A stretch of DNA of 64,000 bases from Ostrea edulis (lineage: Eukaryota): NCBI RefSeq assembly GCF_947568905.1, contig NC_079165.1, forward strand, positions 67,766,001-67,830,000. Direction: 5' to 3'. Positions within the stretch are counted from its first letter, which is position 1, and each line of letters starts with the position of its first letter. Below the pieces are notes generated by a model that was given only the letters and a program-made list of their open reading frames with translations, ran no database searches and was not told the DNA's origin. Below, one piece after another: positions 10,375 through 24,757 of the stretch. Made by a program: the position numbers and the translations under genes.

Positions 10375-13300
10375 ATGAAATATTAAATCCATTCCGTCTA
10401 TGCTTTCTAAACTTACATTGAAAACTCTTTGACCCATTTCCCTTCAAACATTTATTGTTCAATAATAGTCAAGTGTGCTATATCCTGATGGAATATTAGA
10501 GAACACGGAAGATTCATTAATTGTATGCACGTTTTCACACACTAGAAACAAATTATGCAATTGAACCAGTAAAACATTATGCATATATTCGACATTCCAA
10601 ATGTTGTAATACTTGATCTTGTATAATATTGTATTTGTCTTCTTTAGTTTTCTTTCCATTTTCCATTTGTATTGTATATTTTTCATTAGTATTGTATTCG
10701 AGGAATTGTTTATTTTGATTAGTTATGAAGAATTTTATTGGTCAAGTTTTAGTCTGTATCGTATTGAAAACTAGCGAAATGTTCTGAATGCTCAACCACA
10801 ACATAAACTGACCCTCTTTTTTCTGCATGTAAAACTTATACGGTACCAATTTTGATGCATGAATAGTTTAAACACGAGGTTGATGAGTGACAGAGTTAGA
10901 ATCTACATGTAAGTAAACAGTAGTCATCAAAAATATATTGCCTATGGTTTGATAATTGAACCATAGTTTACACCAATGAGATTGATTGTAACAAGCCAAA
11001 ATAAACAATCCCTCAGATACAATATACGCAAATGAAAAATAATATACAATTCAAATAAACAATTATACAGTACAAATGAAAATCCATTAATGCAAAAGAA
11101 AATTATAAAACCAAAAGGAAAATATAAAATACAAATGGGAAAAATACAATAAAACGAAAAAAAATATATAATTCAAATAAAAAATATGCAATACAGAATG
11201 TATATTTTTACAATACAAATGAAAAATCATGCAATACAAATGGAAAATATAAAAAAAAAAACAATTCAACATTTGACATGCCATAATACGAATTGACAAT
11301 TAGCCGAGTCGATATTTATATCTGACCCTGAATATTTTTCTTCTTTTTTTTCTTCTATGAAATAAAGTTATTTTCGTGTTGCCATACCTTGAAAGAAAAC
11401 CGAAAATCTACTTTTATCTAAATCGATTCCAATTTTTTAAACTTTAACGTCACACATTTGGTAAATAACAAAAGTAGAAGCATTTTTAAGTTGTGTATTA
11501 TTATTATATGAGGTAGAATCAATCACATGTACATGTACGATGGATTTGATCTCAGTCGCCGCTCTCCGAATGCCTACTGCTTATGATGATTGTTGGACAT
11601 TTAATAGTAAAGGACAAGAAGTACTCCAAATTACCCCTTTCCCCTTAACGTACAGTATGGTATGGAGGAGAAAGATGAGCAGAAACACAGACATTATGAA
11701 CTGCACTTTATGCCTTGAAGAAAAAAAATAGAGAAAAAATTCAGCATCGATGTGACCAATGACATTGATCTATGATACAAAAATAATGATTGTTATGCAG
11801 AAGTACAAGTAGAAAAGTGAACATTCCCTAGTACACGAAGAAGAAAAAACTAGAAAACATTTCTCTTTCATCCACTGTAAATTGTAGGAAAATATTAGAT
11901 CCATGGGTCAGAACGTGAACAACATTAACTGATAATGAAGTATTCTCCATCATTTCCTGGCTGTTCGATTTATGGAGACTTATTGTTTTTGCTGGTTCTT
12001 ATTATTCCCCCGCTTCTTGTTCATCTGCTTCTTTCTCGCACCCACAGGGTTTTGACACAATCTGAGCAAACTTGTGTTATTTAGTATAATAGGAGGAAAG
12101 GGAACTAACAAACTGCCGTTAACTTCTCGGGTGCTCGCTTCAAACTCTTACAACTTCGGTATTAATTATGATGATAATGTATGAAGTTTTCCCAGTCGAA
12201 ATCCAGAACTTTGTTCTGTTTTGTAATACACAAATCGTTCACCTGATTTCACAGAAACTTTGAAAAAATAAGTCCAACTTCCGAGAATTAGCCTTGCACC
12301 ATTTTCTCCACGCAATTTCCTTCATTACGTTGGATTTTACGCATCCTTCATCCTTTGCAGTCCATGTTAGGGTTACCTTTAAAATATAGCTACTTGTGGT
12401 CACCCTCACAATATTTAAATGAATGTTGATCGTCCGTTTTCACCACCTATTAACCTCCGAGTTCAAACGGGTCAACCATATTTAAACTTCATTATAGGTG
12501 TTCAGCACTGAATGACTCAAATTTAAAAGGTGCAAGGCAATTGGAAAATACTACTACCTTTGTTGCGGAACTTCGCCGGAAATTTATGGTTTGGGGTGGT
12601 TTTATATTGAATAATGAAGTATGACCCTATTATTATGTATTTCTTATTTACAGATTCAGTTCTGGGACATACAGTTCATATAGTTTATGCACTAAGCTCT
12701 GTCCCAGGAAGAACTACTAGGATATATCTCGCCTGTTAACATAACGAAGTTGCATGCTGACATAGATGAATTGTATTTCGACATAAATATGTTGCATGTC
12801 TGTATTATTATCTCGCATGTCAACATAATTAAGATGCATCTCAACATAAATAAGTTGCAGAGAGCATATTGGAAGTCCCACGTGGGCAATATTTGAGACT
12901 TTTGGAATATTTTACAAATTCTTATCTGATTACATTTTTCTTATCCGAATCGACAAATTCATCAAATTGAATGTGTGAGGTGTCCACAACCTACCGCTGT
13001 CAGAACATTTTTAAAAATTCGTTATATCTCAAATAGTTTTCTTTTTAAAGTAAGTTAAACATAGCATTGTTTCTTGCAAAAATATCGACGTTTATTGACA
13101 ACGTCTTGGAAAGGTGACAAGCAAGATTACGTGAAAATGTTTCTTTGGTGCAAGGATTTAATGGTTTACATAAATATATCTACCTTTTCAATTAAATGGG
13201 TTAGAGTATTTCCATTTCTAATTGGAATTGAAAGAAATCTATGAAATAAAGGAAAATTTTATCAGATTTTAAATAAGTGTGACATTAAAAGCGAAAATAC

Positions 13301-14425
13301 TATTTTGTCAAACAGCGAAAATGATTTAACTGTCCATACATTTTTTCTAGCTGAGACTATGATACCCTTCCTCAAAAATATATTAAGATGAAGTTTAGAA
13401 AGAACAACTATGATTTTGGGCCAGGTATTTTATACACACAGCAATATATTACTTCTGTAGTTGTTGGTATATCTAGTTTGTTTTGTTGGAGGCTCTTAGT
13501 TTTCGTTAGTATACGCCACGGTTGCCGATCTTAAAGGAGATTTCGTTTTGTTTTCTATGTAAACATATCTTCTTCCCCGTATTCCCAAAATGTCCACATG
13601 TTGTACTTTAATACAATGCAGATAGGTTTGTCAAGTTTACAAGGAAAACACTTTGGACCATTTTAAAGTATTTTCTAAAGCTATATTCAACTCAATCTAA
13701 TAAAGATAATTTTTTGTACAATGTATAAGTATATGTGTGTGGAATCATGGGAAGGGTTTGAATTCACTAAATATAACTCTTTTAGCTGATGCCTAAAATC
13801 AGGATTATTGAAATGTGGGCAATAATGTTAGAAATATTCTATTGTTTTTAGGACTTAACTATACATATACGACGGTCGTAACAGTGGAGTATTTTGAAAG
13901 GGAGGGGTGCACCATCTAAAATGGCTGATTTATGATTATTGTTATTATTTGCTAAAAAGAGTCTAGGTTTGATATGTATGTACATGTTATAACTCTGAAT
14001 TTTGAACTCTTTGTCATTTGTCAGAAGCATATAAGATCTTACAAATGATCTACAAATTAGATATATGAATTGTGATCGGGAAAAAATTTGTGCGGAGAAC
14101 GACCGTCGTGGGTAAAAAAAAAGTGTTTAAATACTTTATAACGTCATTTGTTTACGTACGTTACATCAACATTCATTACATCGTGACTGATAAATAAGTA
14201 CAGCAAAAGCAAATATGTCTATTGAATGTTATCAAAATGGCTACCGTGATTTTTATAAGCATATTATTTGTCATGAAACATTTCCTCCTTGCATCATTCA
14301 TACAGTCATAAAATAAGGAATTACATCATTAATTACAAATGACCTATTATCATTTACGTCTACTTAGCGTTACTGTTTCACATGACTGTGCTATTTTACC
14401 TCATATGACAGTACTAATTCTCCTT

Positions 14426-14430
<5 letters not shown>

Positions 14431-14476
<46 letters not shown>
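14431..14476. repeat. (TA)n microsatellite
   Basis: Direct observation. Confidence 0.95.
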
Positions 14477-14477
<1 letters not shown>

Positions 14478-14592
14478 TTGACTTTTCATATTAAAAAAAA
14501 TAATTTGAAATGAACTTGGCCACATATTTCACATCTTTGTATAGATTTTTTTTGTGTTTTATTTCAAATTCATGTTAAGAAATAATGCATTC

Positions 14593-14780
14593 AACTCCGT
14601 TTACCTGATCAGGATCTACGGCTCACGGCGGATGTGACAGGTCGACAGGGGATGCTTACTCCTCCTAAGCACCTGAACCCAACCCTGCTGTGTCCAGGGG
14701 TCCGTGTTTGCCCAATTATCTATTTTGTATTGCTTATAGGAGTTTTGAGATTGATCACTGTTCGTTATCTTCGCCTTTCA
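14593..14780 (+). mobile_element. PLE 3' tail fragment
   Basis: aactccgtttacctgatcagg...gttatcttcgcctttca. Confidence 0.8.
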
Positions 14781-16214
14781 TTGAACAAAATTTTGCATGT
14801 ATACATTTATGTAGCCTTATAGAAAAACATAAATTCTTTGAAAATCCGGAGAATCACTCCAGTTTTGGATTCTATAGATTTATGAGACGCACGTGTATTT
14901 TCAAAAACAAAATCAGTTTCATACACACTTGGTCTTGAACAAATTATTTGGACATTTAAGATATAAGATAACATAATTTTTCATTTTACGTGCGGATAAG
15001 GCCGATGTCCTCTGCTTACCTTACCGAGTTCTTTCTGTTTGCTTTCATCTTTAAAAAGCATGACCATGCGACAATATAAATTAGAAAATTTGAACAGCAG
15101 AGGTAATTTCAACTACAAAAAATAAGATTTCTTCGCTTTGATAAATTAATTTTCTTATACTTTATACATTTTACTATCAGTTTTAAAAAGTTTTTAACAT
15201 AATGAAATACCAAATGGTTTTGATTTGATGATTTTGTCAAAGTGAAGAGTTATGGCGGTAGGTGGTTTTGATGTAGGCCTATAAAATTCGATTTATTCTC
15301 CCCAGGTTATTTCTAAAATTTACAATGCATCAAGACTTTTGCTTACTAAATCTCAAATATTGTGAAGTGCAGGCTTTTATGCTTACCGTTTTCCGTGCTT
15401 CACACACCCACACCCACTGATGATATTTACATGCAGACTTGTGATGATAGCAAACAAAACAATGTGTTGGGCGTATTTAAACAATGGTGTATTGAATAAA
15501 GGCAAAATATTCCTCATCATTTTATGCTCTCTCCCTGGACTGCTCGGATAATGACTCCAAACTCTACTTCATCCAAATTGACACACATTTCACGATTTTG
15601 TAGATTGGCGTATTCACACACTTTCTTGATTTCTTTGTGTTCCTCTAAATTACTTCAGAGTCTCTCATCTGTTTGACGGAAGTCACCTCTGTTTCATCGA
15701 CCGCATCAGATAATTAATTTACAGCTTTTCTATTGTTCAAACAAGTCCTTTTTCGCAGCCTCATCAATTTTACTTTCGAAGAATGAACAAGTTTTTCCCC
15801 TTCAAAGTATGAACAAATCTATTTGGAGCTGACGGATTTCACTGGCATGTTATTGTTACAGAGATCTCTCATATTTCTCAGATGTTTGTAAGTAAAACTT
15901 ATCACTCCAGATACCTAATAGCTGCATATTAGTATGACTATCATAGTCGTTATTGTATGAAATATGACAGTATCAAAATCTATAAATAGATGTAAATCAG
16001 CTCTATAAACTGCAGGTTTTCTTCCTCAAATGAGATAAGGGTAAATTATTTTTTTTGATCACATGATTTGCGAAAATATAATGTATTTTTCTTGATTTAA
16101 CGATCTTCATGTTTTACTTCACTATCAATTTCAATTCTAGAACTAAATGAGGAATAGGTAATTATTCCAGGCAGCTCTTTCGATATTTCATTATGTGTTG
16201 TAGGGGGTCAGATT

Positions 16215-16515
16215 GCATAATCATACCTAAGTACTTCGTTACTAGCTTGAAAATACGGATGTATATTTAATCGCTGTGATAAAATGTAGAAATTCATTTC
16301 AAAATTAAGGATTATCTCCCTCACGCATATCTCTTATCCTTTGACGAATTTGACTCCACTTTTTTGGCACACTGTTTACCCCTAAAATAGTTCTTAGGAC
16401 CTACACGTTTACTGGTATTTCGGATTTCAAAAGTTTCGGTTGAGCATCCCTGAAGAGACATTATTTGTCAAAATGCGCATATGGTGCATCAAAATTGGTA
16501 CCGTATAAGTTTTAT
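16215..16515 (+). mobile_element. Penelope-type pLTR-like repeat carrying a hammerhead motif
   Basis: Contains the hammerhead core below; its end (ggtaccgtataagttt) also occurs inverted at ~10830-10860. Confidence 0.55.
16444..16487 (+). ncRNA. Minimal type-I hammerhead ribozyme, probably inactivated (G12->A)
   Basis: GCAUCC-CUGAAGA-GACA(UUAUU)UGUC-AAAA-UGCGCAU-A-UGGUGC. Stems I and II pair and stem III is palindromic (AUGCGCAU), but GAAA reads AAAA at 16470. Confidence 0.65.
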
Positions 16516-16526
16516 ATTATAATATG

Positions 16527-16722
16527 TAATACATATGTTCTTGTATTTTTGTTTTCGACTCATTCTGACCCCCACTAGCTATTCTCTTATATATCTTCGT
16601 CATTTTCATACTAAATGACATTTTTTTTAAATTCACATCACTGTCTTGTTTTCACTGCCTTTATCAAGTAACAAGCAAAGGCTACTTGGCAAGTCATATT
16701 AACTAAGGAACATAAAATAACC
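16527..16722. repeat. Unclassified interspersed repeat; inverted copy at ~43060-43228
   Basis: atacatatgttcttgtatttttgttttcgactcattctgacccccactagct... occurs as reverse complement at ~43060-43228. Confidence 0.8.
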
Positions 16723-16867
16723 TTCGACTTTGCATGACAACGACCACCATCGTCGCCTCATCGCAACAAACCTAGTGTAACAGACCCCTACTGGGCAGTC
16801 TGTACCATAAATCTTCACCATCGTCGTCAATGATACATTTCTATAAACTTCATTTTTTTCAGAGTAG

Positions 16868-17385
16868 AAGGGTGAAGAAAGGGTGAAAATAACGAACACC
16901 GATCAATCTCATAACTCCTTTAAGGAATGTAAAATTAAGAGATGGGCGAACACGGACCCCTGGACATACCAGAGATGAGACAAGGTGCCTAGGAGGAGTA
17001 AGCATCCTCTATCGACTGGTCACACCCACCATGAGCCCTGTATCTTGATCAGGTAACAGAGTAATCCGTAGTCTAATTCAGTGTGTAAAAGAACAGCCTA
17101 AGAATTGCTACGAAACACATCAGACAACATTTGACCCAATGATGAAAGGCGAAGATAAGGAACAGTGACCAATTTCATATGATGTATTGGCAAACTAGAT
17201 CGTTATAGTGAGCACAGAATTTCAGAAATGCTGATTTTAATCGAGACTGTTGAAACCTCTGTAACATTAACTTGTTTGTCAGTAGATTGCTTCGATCTAA
17301 AACTGATCATACGTAGAAGAACGTTTTGCGTATCGAATCAGCTTAGAGACATAAACATCATATGCAAGTGATAATGGACTATAGG
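16868..17385 (-). mobile_element. PLE 3' fragment
   Basis: Tail plus degenerate RT C-terminal region. Confidence 0.8.
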
Positions 17386-19253
17386 GACTGATAGCCTTAG
17401 TACGTAAGTCCTCAAAACTTGCGCTTCATACTTTACAGTATATAGAGGCCTTAGAGCTGTTGATGCCATGTCGATTCTAAAGTCACGTGATTCGGTAAAA
17501 AGATGGAGGTATAGACGATCTTTTGGGTGTCGTTAGGAATATAATTTATGAATTGATAGGGTAGGTAATAGTTTATAGTGCTTACTAGGGTTATGAACTT
17601 ATAGAAACTACTTGATGAAACATTTCTAACATTAAGATCTGTAATATTTTTTCGGATGTGCAGTTTCCAAGCATCAAACATAATGTTTTATGTTGTAATT
17701 AATACCTCTGTGTCCTCTGAAACTAATTCGTTGTTCCTCTTGAAGTAATTAGAATCTGCATAATTCCTTCTTTGGATGTTCAAGCTGATATTTTGTAGCG
17801 GTGAACGCCCATTTTATGAGCACAGAGCATAATAATTTGCAATTTAAAGACTAATTAGTTTGCTTTTATATCATTTACCAAGTTTTGCAGTCTGTAAAAG
17901 GTAACGATTTTCAGGCTATGATAACCAAAAATCTAAGAGCATCAAGGATTTATAGCAAGACAGCTTTGTGAATAGAGGGCAAATCCCCAACAGTAAACAA
18001 CCTCTATAATATTGATAGGCCTATAGTGTAACTTAGCCTATATCAAATAACATTATTTGTTCATTTACTAGATATTAGATGGGAAAGTAGTGCGGTAATA
18101 TGTGACGTCATACCTAAAGAAATGTACGCTCATAAACGAGAGCAACCGTGATTTGAGTACCTCTAGTGAATAAATGGCGATCATGTAACCACCGAAGTGG
18201 CACCAGTAACTGTAAAAATTCCCATAGACGACAGAAAGCGATCATTTCTATTGGATGAGTGATCGCTTTCAATCATGTTGAATATTATATAACTCATATA
18301 ACTCATTGCTAGACAGAAAACCATTTCTAGCACATGCGAAACCTCCTTCCATTTGCTTTGGGAAAATTTATGCAGGTAAGGAATTGTAGTATTTTTTGTG
18401 AATATTTTAAAAGACGGAGTTCTGAATGTACACATGGCGAAATTGTTTGTTGATGTAGTCAAGTCTGCGATATGTTTGCAGTACCTAAAATTTAAGACAC
18501 CAGAGCTTAGTACTTAAGCTAAGGTTAAAAATTAGGTATAACTACGAAATTATTACACGTGATACACAATCAAAAGCGGTTCAAAAATCTAGTTGTAATC
18601 AGTTTAATATTGATTTGATTATATGACTCGGTTGTTTCATATACTTGGTACTATTGTAAGGTGACCATTTGTTTTGCAGCTGTTGGATTTCAATTCCAAG
18701 GCACTGTATTTCCATACATCTGAAAGGCAACATATGTATTAAGCTTTTTCTTCCATAGATTTTCTCTATATTTCCGGTAAATATCGCTCTTGTACAGTTT
18801 TTCAATGCCTATTATGCTATAATCATCTATGGTGTGAAGAAAAAGCTTAATACATATGTACCAGTTGGTATAAACAAAAGGTAACATTATTGTCTATAAA
18901 CTATCTTAATGAACATTTTTGAGTGTAGTATATGTGTACTATCTATTTTTAAATTTTTTTAAAAAAAATATATGTTTATGTATATGCAAGAATTTACTTT
19001 ACACCAATTAGAGTCCACTTACAGGTATGATTTAGAAGGTTATTACAGTAGCTCTCGCAATTTTTCAGATGTTTTTGGCGCAATTTTGATACATGACGTT
19101 GCCTCTATGTACATTGTGACGTCATAATACGTTGTTCAACGTTAGTTGCTATGCATTTTAATAAACACGACTGATGAAGGCTGGTAAAATGGCTGAAATA
19201 TTTCTAAAAGTGTTTTAATGTTTTTTTTATTATTCTTACAAAAGAGAGACTTT

Positions 19254-19254
<1 letters not shown>

Positions 19255-19303
<49 letters not shown>

Positions 19304-19353
19304 CAAAAGAAATAGAATAAACAGTACACAAAGTTAAAACACAATTTGGATAG

Positions 19354-19426
<73 letters not shown>
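19255..19426. repeat. (TA)n and (TA)n(TG)n microsatellites
   Basis: Direct observation. Confidence 0.95.
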
Positions 19427-19431
<5 letters not shown>

Positions 19432-20116
19432 CTCTAAAGTGCGATAGTCTAGCCAAAGTGCGATGGTTTGTTATCGTTACGGACGCCAAAGTGCGATGGC
19501 CACGCCAAAGTCAGATGGTGCAGAGTTGAACAATGTTTGTGACGTCACGTCATTGTGACGTCATTCTTAACGTCTTTTGAAATAAAACCGAAGAAATGCA
19601 ACACGGACGACAGCGGCAAGGTATACAAGGTTGAGTATAATGAGAACAGCAAATTACATTTGTTGTCGAACTACATGTATCTACTTCGCCCAAACAGTCT
19701 TTAATTCATGATAATTGATTACTTGTGACGTACACGTAATAAAATCCTGGGGATATGCTATAATGCAAAACATTCTATACGATTTCGCGTTGGAAAATTT
19801 TATGTTTAATAACATGACAACTAGATGGTAATGAAATAAGTTGAACTTCTTATTTTTTATGCATGAATTTTGCACTGATGTTTTAGTGAAACAACACACG
19901 GTTTGTACAGTCTGTATAAAAACACTGTGTCGTTTACAAACCAATGGATTTCGACGTGTCCCACCATCGCACTTTGGCGTGTCAGACCATCGCACTTTGG
20001 CGCATTAGTGTGGACCATCGCACTTTGTCGTGTCACAGCATAGGGGTTTGGCGCAGATTATCGGGGTTTGACGTGACCATAGCATTTTAGAGTCCCATCG
20101 CACTTTGGAGTCTTAC
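19426..20116. mobile_element. MITE / non-autonomous TIR element
   Basis: 20-bp TIR gtaagactc(t/c)aaagtgcgat with one mismatch; repeated subterminal aaagtgcgatgg motifs at both ends; sits between (TG)n and (TA)n. Confidence 0.85.
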
Positions 20117-20119
20117 ATA

Positions 20120-23100
20120 TATATCCAGGTTCCGCCTCGAAGCTTTAGTCAAGTTTTAGACAGGAATCTTATTCTAGCCGACAAAGGTTTTACTATTCAT
20201 GATCAGTTGCCATAAGATGTTTGTTTGAACATTAGCTGGGTTTTTTTATCAACATGTGATTACTTATTTACGCCCGAAGAAGCAGCACTATGTAACAAGA
20301 TAACTAGAGTCCGCACTCATGTTGAGAAAGCAAATGAGGGTATCACGAACCATAAAATTCTCCGTCACATTCCAGAAATATACACACCTATATCAACAAA
20401 TATTTTCCAACTTTGTAGCTCTCTTGTAAAATTGCAAGCACCCCTTTGAAAGAAACAACTTGATTAAATTGTTATTTCATCATCTCAGATGATAAAATAT
20501 TTTATCTCGTGTCTCATTTTCAACTAGGAAAATGTTTTGCTTATTAGTTTTATCACATGTTCACGTATAAATGATACAGTATGCAGTGCTGAAAAACCTC
20601 CGGTCAGTAGCTAAACTCTGTGATATCATTTGTATCCTTGGGTAGGTTACTTTACTCTATCGGTACACCCTCTTCACTTAGGGGTTAAAATGGCTACTTG
20701 GAATGTTAGACAAGCTGGTTATTTGGATGTAAAATCATTTACACCGTATACGGCAGCTCTGCTTGTATGTTCCCTTGAATTATTTCAGGAATGAAAGTGT
20801 TGAAAAAATCATATCGGCTGTGTAATGTGCTTTTTTTTGTCAACTCGGAGTCCTTTATGATCCCGACAATTTGACAGCCTACTCTAGTCGAAATAATCAA
20901 ATCACAACCGTTATTGTTGTATAAATGGAGATAGCCTTGTGCATAGTGATACCAGGGATGGGTTGACTCAAGGCTCTGCACTATAAAAGCAACAAGAAAT
21001 TTCTAGATCTACATATTGAATAACATAATAAACTGGACAAAAAGTAAACCAACAAGCACATAGATTACAAAATATTAAACCATTAATATTTTATCGATAC
21101 AATGTACATATATATCCAGTATACAAAGTATTATATACGTGTATTTACCAAGATAAAATACCTTTAGACTGCATTGCATCATCTATTGTTAAATATGCTG
21201 CAGGTGATTGAGAGGACACTTCACTACTACGCGAGGCACAGCAAAATATAGAGCTTCTGGATTATGGGAACTCGCATCACATGTTGGTGGTTGTAGGGCT
21301 AGATCATCTGGAGATGTACTTAAAGCTCCCGTTAGTGAAGCCAAATCCCTCTTTAAATTTCTATCTTTTTACTGATATGAAAAGACAAGGTGAACTCTAG
21401 ACACCAATAATTCGAATTTTACACAATGAATTGTTGAATATCTATAAAAATATCATGAAATTCTTGATATATCGGTAACTCAAATAGCAAAGAATCTGAG
21501 GGAAATATTACAATATTTAATACCAAAAATAAGAAATCTCAATTTCAAAAATACTACTTATGATTCCTTGCACCAAATATAATCTATTTAGCATAAAGAA
21601 GTAATAAACAGTGAATGGCACACCACAGCAAATAAAAGAAATATGTTTGTTCGATATATAAAGACAGCTAACTTACCATTCATTCCATTTCAACTTCAGA
21701 CATGTCACTTTGGGGTTTGCTGTAAGAGTTGTGATACACCTGTTTGTTTGCGTTTTTGTCGATTTCAACCCATGCGTGAATTCCAGATTGACCGTCAGAT
21801 TTAAAAGTGGTAAGAAAATGGTGGTGAACAATGTCTTGGGCATTGAAATTCGGATAACATGTACGCTATTTAATCTTGGAACATCAATATTACGATAAAA
21901 AGAGATTTATCCGAAACTACACGAAGTTTTAGTCATGGATGCTTTGTGAGGATAATCAGAATAAATAAATGGAAAGCCCTATCATTCAATTCTAATATCT
22001 ACCGAGACATCGTAAAATAGACACAATATAATATGAAAAGACAGAAATGGATCTTAAATGAATAGTAATTTATCCGTATAATGTCCAGCGAAGCCATTTG
22101 TTAATTTCAAGCACTAATTCAACTCTAGTGTAATTATTACCCAGGATTTCATATCATAATATTTAATGTTGACATCTTTTTTTATTTCTAGGGAATAGGA
22201 TTTATCAGCTACAAATACTAAGTGAAACGGGTTTATAAACGGAAATATTATAAATACTTGTTTGATTTACTTACCTTCTCCCGTGTACATGTACTTTATT
22301 TGATGGATTTATAGAATTCAAAAGCTGCCATTTAATAACTTGACATGTTCATGTGATATTTTTCTCCGATGAAAATAGGTTTCTAAATTTAATTTGAGGA
22401 TTGCTACGTATATCATTTCTACATATGCAAACTTTCAAGAACCTGCCTATATTGTCAGGTTTATACATTCTCAACTTTAAAACGACGTTTCTGTACATTA
22501 AAACTATTTCATCATATCGAAAGGTGTTGAAATGACAGAAGAGAAGTAAAGGGAAATAGAAGTGGATGATTTGTTAGTCAATGCAAAAGATGCTATTTTG
22601 AAAAAAGGAAGAAAATCACTAGTAAAATACAATATTAAGTTCACATTTTGTTACTATGAAACATTATGGGAAGACAACATTGAAAACAAAAGATATCCAA
22701 GAATGAACCTTTTGTATGCATTTAAACTTTTGTACCTTTCACTGAAATATGAAAGCGTAATACATGAAGGAAGTTGAATAAAATTTGGGCTTTTCATAAT
22801 CAATTGGACATACAAGAGGTGTTATTTATTGCAGCATCAATTTCCGGTTTTATGGAGTTTTGAGTGGACGTCATGTAGTTTCCGGCTTTGGTTTTTGTAG
22901 AAAAAGTGGATGCTGTAATAGAAAATAGATATACATTTTTATTATCAATGGGAACGTACCAGTATCTCTAATAGTTAAAGAGATAATTTTGATCAAATAA
23001 GATATATCATGTAAAAATATACCCCGGGAAGAGGAAGAAACTATCTTTACAATAATGAATGCATGTTTAGAAGTTTTTAATCATTAGAGAAATATCCCTA

Positions 23101-23165
23101 GACGGATTTCAGAAAGAGGAAACTCTTTAATGAAAAATACATTTTTCTAATTGAAAGATATATAC
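20120..23165. repeat. Segmental-duplication block; paralogue at ~49355-52430
   Basis: Collinear from atatatatccaggttccgcc through the TM-less terminal exon; roughly 85-90% identical by eye. Confidence 0.95.
20125..20449 (+). pseudogene. ISL2EU/PIF-Harbinger-like DDE transposase C-terminal remnant
   Basis: ILADKGFTIHDQLP*...ITRVRTHVEKANEGITNHKIL (ADKGF and HVER-like motifs); internal stop. Confidence 0.7.
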
Positions 23166-24757
23166 TGGTAGTTATGCTAATACAGTTACCAGATGTTATT
23201 CTTTATTCATTCCTTTTACAATTCAATGTAGTTATTCTCATTTCCCCATTCTACTCTTACCGGTAAATGTTTTGCTAACCATTTGTATGCTTACCAGTAC
23301 TTGTTTTGACACACCCTATATGGGGACTACACACTTCATCCACACTACATTTACACCAGAAACCACAGTTCTCCCCCCACGACGGGTATGGACAAGTAGT
23401 GGAACAGTTATCTCCATAGGAACCTGTAGGGCAGGCTACAGGGGAAAAAATGAAAGTAAGATGATAAAACTTTTAATGTTGTTATAGAAGTAACCTGAAT
23501 AATATGATACGATATACAAGGGCTTGTACTATGAGAAAAAATACAAGCTAGAACATAATCAATCGAAATCAATCATTTTTGTTTTGATTTCGTTTTTCAA
23601 CTTTTAAATATGGATTTCGATCAGATTGAAGGAGAATTAGAGAGTAACTTATGAAGGTAACCACCATTGTTATGGTAAAAATTCGTGCAGCACTCGCCTC
23701 TGGGAAAAAAATTGTATTTAGATTCTATCTTCCAATAAATCTAACAGGAATATCTATATTATGATATTTTGAATACATTTGTACTTTTACAAAGGATTAA
23801 ATTGTGTACTGTTGTAAATTCAGTAAATATTGAGAAAAAATTAACCTATGATTAAAATTCCAAATGTATTGATATACAAGTAGATCTACCTTTTCACTAG
23901 ATTGATTTCACTCACAAGATACCATTCCAAGTCATATCATTATTTATAGGTTATTGACTGAATATTGGGAAATATATCTGCAAAAGGTTCTTGCGCCGAA
24001 AAGCTAACTGATTTTGTGAGGTGTTTTGTTGTTCATTCTGCAAAACTGTAAAAGGCGGGTATATTTCCAGATATTCAGTAAATATCCTTTTTATAATTTT
24101 TTATTAGTTCTGTGTACTTCTAATTCTATAAATGCTCAATTTTTTAAGAAACGACTTTTATTAGCAGAGGAACTTTTTACGTCCATTAATAGTTGTTAAC
24201 ATATGAGGTCTCAAGACCATAAACTGAGAATAGGCTTTAGTCAAAATGTTGCTTACTTATAATTTAAGATTTCATTACCACAGATTTAAAAAAAAAATGC
24301 TGGTTTATATATACAAATCAAATACAAACATATTTTGAAAATGTTATTTGCTTATGAAAATTATTTCAAAAATTAATTGGAATCGAAATATAGACTATTC
24401 TCAATATAGGGTCTTGAAATCTGATATCACAATAATCGTGTTATGTAGGCAAATGTCACATTTAAGTTAAATAATCCCTGAGCGTCCGCATTACCGACAA
24501 TCATAGCTCAATAAAAGCTCAGGCACTCTAAATAGAATCTATAAGAAAAAATATCAAAATATGTAATAAAGAGTACATATAGAAATAATAATATCGTGTC
24601 CATTTTAACAGTTGGCTATTTGTCTACGTACATACCATTGTTTTACCTACCGATCGTTCATACAGTTGCCTTTATTTGTTGTTTCCGCATTGAGTGTTAA
24701 AGCCAATAAGGCTAATCTTATGATATCTCGACATCCTTGTGAATTAAAAATTATCAT
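22800..24757 (-). pseudogene. Gene B: TM-less (secreted-type) paralogue; join(24651..24757,23653..23699,23295..23435,22800..22912); exon-2 donor mutated
   Basis: Exons 1, 3 and 4 open with canonical sites. Exon 2 ends ...TACCTTC|ATAAGT (GT->AT) and has Cys->Tyr. Terminal exon ASTFSTKTKAGNYMTSTQNSIKPEIDAAINNTSCMSN* has no hydrophobic helix. Would be 135 aa. Confidence 0.75.

Noticed and set aside
15480-15900. Coding-like minus-strand stretch (…EEHKEIKKVCEYANLQNREMCVNLDEVEFGVIIRAVQG…)
   Set aside because: Multiple stops; no family recognised.
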